From: a virus
Lineage: Duplodnaviria; Caudoviricetes
Direction: 5' to 3' (one strand)
Virus record (IMG/VR): IMGVR_UViG_3300012664_000274
Span: 1-46,927 of that record
DNA: 46,927 nt
Part shown: positions 44,728 through 46,927 of the stretch, piece by piece
Position numbering within the stretch: position 1 is the first letter of the stretch
Layout of the letters: each line of letters starts with the position of its first letter
Program-made: the position numbers and the translations under genes
The notes under the pieces: generated by a model
The model's input: only the letters and a program-made list of their open reading frames with translations
Told to the model about the DNA's origin: nothing
Databases searched by the model: none

Positions 44728-46365
44728 ATGGCTAAAGCTAAGTATGTAACCTCTGGATCAAACATTCAAGAATTGATCGCAGCGGTTCAACAATCATCTA
44801 AGATTCAAGAGGAAATGAGACAGGATAGTGTTTCCTCTGAGTTCATCCTGCGCAATATTGCAAACAACATAAATGATGCAGCTGAGGGTATTATTGCCAT
44901 CAAGGAACTTATGGTTGGTAACAATCTAAAGAACCTTGAAACTCAGAAAGAACAGAACAAGATGCAAGACGATATTCTCGAGGCATTGAAAGGGATTAAA
45001 CCAAAGGCAGAGGCGAAAGCCGAGGCCAAGGGTGATTTTTCCTGGCTTGGTCTTGCAGGTTCATTGATTGCTGGTTTAGTTGCTGGTGGTGTTGGTTTTA
45101 TTACTGAGTATGTTGCATCATTCGCCAAGCTATGGTCAGTCCTAGGTGATAAAGCATTAGGCATGATCAGCAAGGTTTTAAAGTGGGTTGATACCAAGAC
45201 TGGTGGACTAGTCACGAAGGTCGCAGAGGTCTTCACAAAGGTCGGCGAATTTTTCGGTAATATCTGGGCCAAGACAGCGGAGAGTTTCAAGGCAGTTAAG
45301 ACTTTCATCTCTGAGGGTTTTGCCAAGTCATTGTCTTTCATTGGTGACTTCTTTAAATCAGGCATAGGCGAGCAGATCGCGAAATTTTTTACCTCTATGA
45401 AGGACGGTATTAAGAACGTCTTCAGGTTTGAGGAATTAGGCAAGGATATTGCTAATCTATGGACGGACATCAAGGGCATTTTTGGTATGATGTTCGGACC
45501 AGATTCATTTATTGGTAAGATCTTCTCAGGCGGCGGGGGAGGCATGATCGATGATGTGCTTAAGTCATTGAAGAGTGTATTCACCTTCTTCGACCCGCTT
45601 ATCTCATTCTTCAAGAACTTCGGAAAAATTCTAGGTAAGCTAGCTGTCCCGCTCCAGGTTATCATGTCTATCTTTGATACTGTATCAGGTGCCTTAGATG
45701 GTTGGAATAATACTCAGGGCGGTTTCATGGACAAACTCTTCGGGGCAATCTCTGGTGGTTTGACTGGTCTTCTTAATGGTCTAATCGGTGGTCTACTAGA
45801 TCTTCTAAAGGACGGTATGTCCTGGATCCTAAACCTTCTAGGTTTCGAGAACGCCTCTAAATTCCTTGACTCCTTCTCGTTCGAAAAGTTAATTGAAGAG
45901 GGCGTCGGCGGATTTTTCAACTTCGTCAAGGGCATGATCGACTGGGTTGTGGGTGTATTTAATTCAGGCATCGACCTCGCGAAATCCATAGGCCAGAAAG
46001 TATTAGCCATCGGAGATATGGCCAAGGACTTCATTAAATCTATCCTTCAGGCTGTATTACCTAAGCCATCCTCTGATATGGCATCTGTATCATATTGGGC
46101 GGGTAAGGCGATCCCAGATGCTGTATACGAATTTGCTGGTATGAATCCGAAGACAGGCGAGGCACTAGCTAAATCAACTGCTGAAAATTCTCAGGCAAAA
46201 ACTGAGAACGCCGCAGCACAGGCTGATGCATCTCAGAAGCCGGTAGTAGTTGCAGGCGGAGGAGGCAATAGCAGCTCAAGCAAGACAAGCCATACTGCTG
46301 TTGTATCTGCTAAATCAACGAAGTTTGACAATGAAGATATGTGGGCTAGAGGCGTCATCATATGA
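44728..46365 (+). CDS. Putative tail tape-measure protein (gp29-like)
   Basis: 545 aa; N-terminal coiled coil, a long amphipathic Gly/Phe/Trp-periodic helical region and hydrophobic segments; follows gp26/gp51-like genes. Confidence 0.65.
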   Translation: MAKAKYVTSGSNIQELIAAVQQSSKIQEEMRQDSVSSEFILRNIANNINDAAEGIIAIKELMVGNNLKNLETQKEQNKMQDDILEALKGIKPKAEAKAEAKGDFSWLGLAGSLIAGLVAGGVGFITEYVASFAKLWSVLGDKALGMISKVLKWVDTKTGGLVTKVAEVFTKVGEFFGNIWAKTAESFKAVKTFISEGFAKSLSFIGDFFKSGIGEQIAKFFTSMKDGIKNVFRFEELGKDIANLWTDIKGIFGMMFGPDSFIGKIFSGGGGGMIDDVLKSLKSVFTFFDPLISFFKNFGKILGKLAVPLQVIMSIFDTVSGALDGWNNTQGGFMDKLFGAISGGLTGLLNGLIGGLLDLLKDGMSWILNLLGFENASKFLDSFSFEKLIEEGVGGFFNFVKGMIDWVVGVFNSGIDLAKSIGQKVLAIGDMAKDFIKSILQAVLPKPSSDMASVSYWAGKAIPDAVYEFAGMNPKTGEALAKSTAENSQAKTENAAAQADASQKPVVVAGGGGNSSSSKTSHTAVVSAKSTKFDNEDMWARGVII

Positions 46366-46415
46366 TGCATCCGCGAGGCGCAACAATAATGTAACCAACT
46401 GTAGTTACACTGCTC

Positions 46416-46451
46416 ATCCCCTGGGAGGATTTTCCCCCAGGGGATTTTTTT
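46416..46451 (+). terminator. Rho-independent terminator
   Basis: ATCCCCTGGG (46416-46425) / CCCAGGGGAT (46436-46445) stem followed by a T run. Confidence 0.85.
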
Positions 46452-46640
46452 CGTCTGTACAACTGGGGAATAAAACTGAGAAGGTACTGATCGTACTGGG
46501 GAAGGCTGTATTTCCCTGGGGAAATTAGAAATTTCTGAGGTCTCGCTGAATCAAAAAGAGTACTGTTAGGGGGATACCCAACGCAAAAGGGAACCTTAGC
46601 TGTCCCTGGCCTAATCGCTGCTGTCTGCTGCTGTTATTCT

Positions 46641-46692
46641 AAAAAAAGAGCAGCTGCTCCATTACTGTATCTCTACTGATAGGCAGCTGCTC
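46641..46692 (-). terminator. Terminator-like inverted repeat for the convergent gene
   Basis: GAGCAGCTGC (46648-46657) / GCAGCTGCTC (46683-46692) followed on the minus strand by T7; the loop is long. Confidence 0.6.
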
Positions 46693-46700
46693 AAACCCTA

Positions 46701-46927
46701 TTAGTTGGTCAGCACATAGGTTGCCAGATCCTTCCACTCCTTGTTAGATGCACGAATCTTACACACACTGATCAATGTACGGAGACTGATCTCTTTGGCT
46801 TCATCCTTAATCTCACGGATCAGGCTGAGTGCATCTGTCTTGATCTTACCTTCGTACTCAGGAAGGAATTCATCTGATTGAGCAATGTGTTCCATACGGT
46901 CAATCTTCTGATCATCTGTCATTGTCA
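46701..46927 (-). CDS. C-terminal end of a gene entering from the right edge, possibly an AAA+ ATPase lid domain
   Basis: The frame stays open to the window edge; MT.DQKI.RM and ISLRTLI resemble the sensor-2 helix of phage AAA proteins. Confidence 0.45.
   Translation of the reverse strand, partial: TMTDDQKIDRMEHIAQSDEFLPEYEGKIKTDALSLIREIKDEAKEISLRTLISVCKIRASNKEWKDLATYVLTN

Noticed and set aside
44943-46034. Long antisense ORFs (240 aa and 106 aa) opposite the tape-measure gene
   Set aside because: They are shadows of the sense gene's codon bias with no independent motifs. The same applies to the many short + strand ORFs opposite the structural genes.
46250-46528. 92-aa + strand ORF
   Set aside because: It overlaps the tape-measure 3' end, runs through a strong terminator, and has no canonical ATG or Shine-Dalgarno.
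1-46927. CRISPR array, tRNA genes, introns/inteins or stop-codon recoding
   Set aside because: No regularly spaced direct repeats or cloverleaf candidates were seen by eye, core genes look uninterrupted, and ORFs tile the window under the standard code.

Overview
This window is part of the late (virion morphogenesis) region of a T4-like myophage. From right to left it holds a tape-measure-like gene and gp26/gp54/gp2/gp4 (+ strand). A long minus-strand run follows: gp48, gp53, a hub protein, gp5, a GH19 lysin, gp25, gp6, gp7, gp8, a 2128-aa DUF4815-like virion protein, and a large set of tail-fibre/adhesin genes with C1q-like, LamG and Ig-like modules. T4-type late promoters (TATAAATA) punctuate the region. 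Two enzyme cassettes sit inside the structural run. (1) At 15.3-24.0 kb there is a RiPP-like cluster: four tandem radical SAM genes (three with SPASM-type Cys motifs), a DUF3050 heme-oxygenase-like oxidase, a ferritin-like diiron protein, and a 70-aa peptide ending CECQCQCQC. The peptide's ~30-aa HxH motif aligns without gaps to two repeats in a neighbouring 128-aa protein. (2) At 8.5-11.5 kb there is an AT-rich cassette with a Thr/Ser-repeat protein, a GT-B glycosyltransferase-like protein, a degenerate ATP-grasp-like protein and a PP-loop ATPase. Both look like machinery for post-translationally tailoring virion proteins (inference). Also found: a canonical -1 slippery site (T TTT TTC) joining gp26 to an unannotated downstream frame just before the tape-measure gene, a recurring TAAATA-N5-ATG arrangement suggesting leaderless late mRNAs, and a structured intergenic region with ~10-bp-phased CTG motifs. 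All family calls come from motif recognition by eye; no searches were run.
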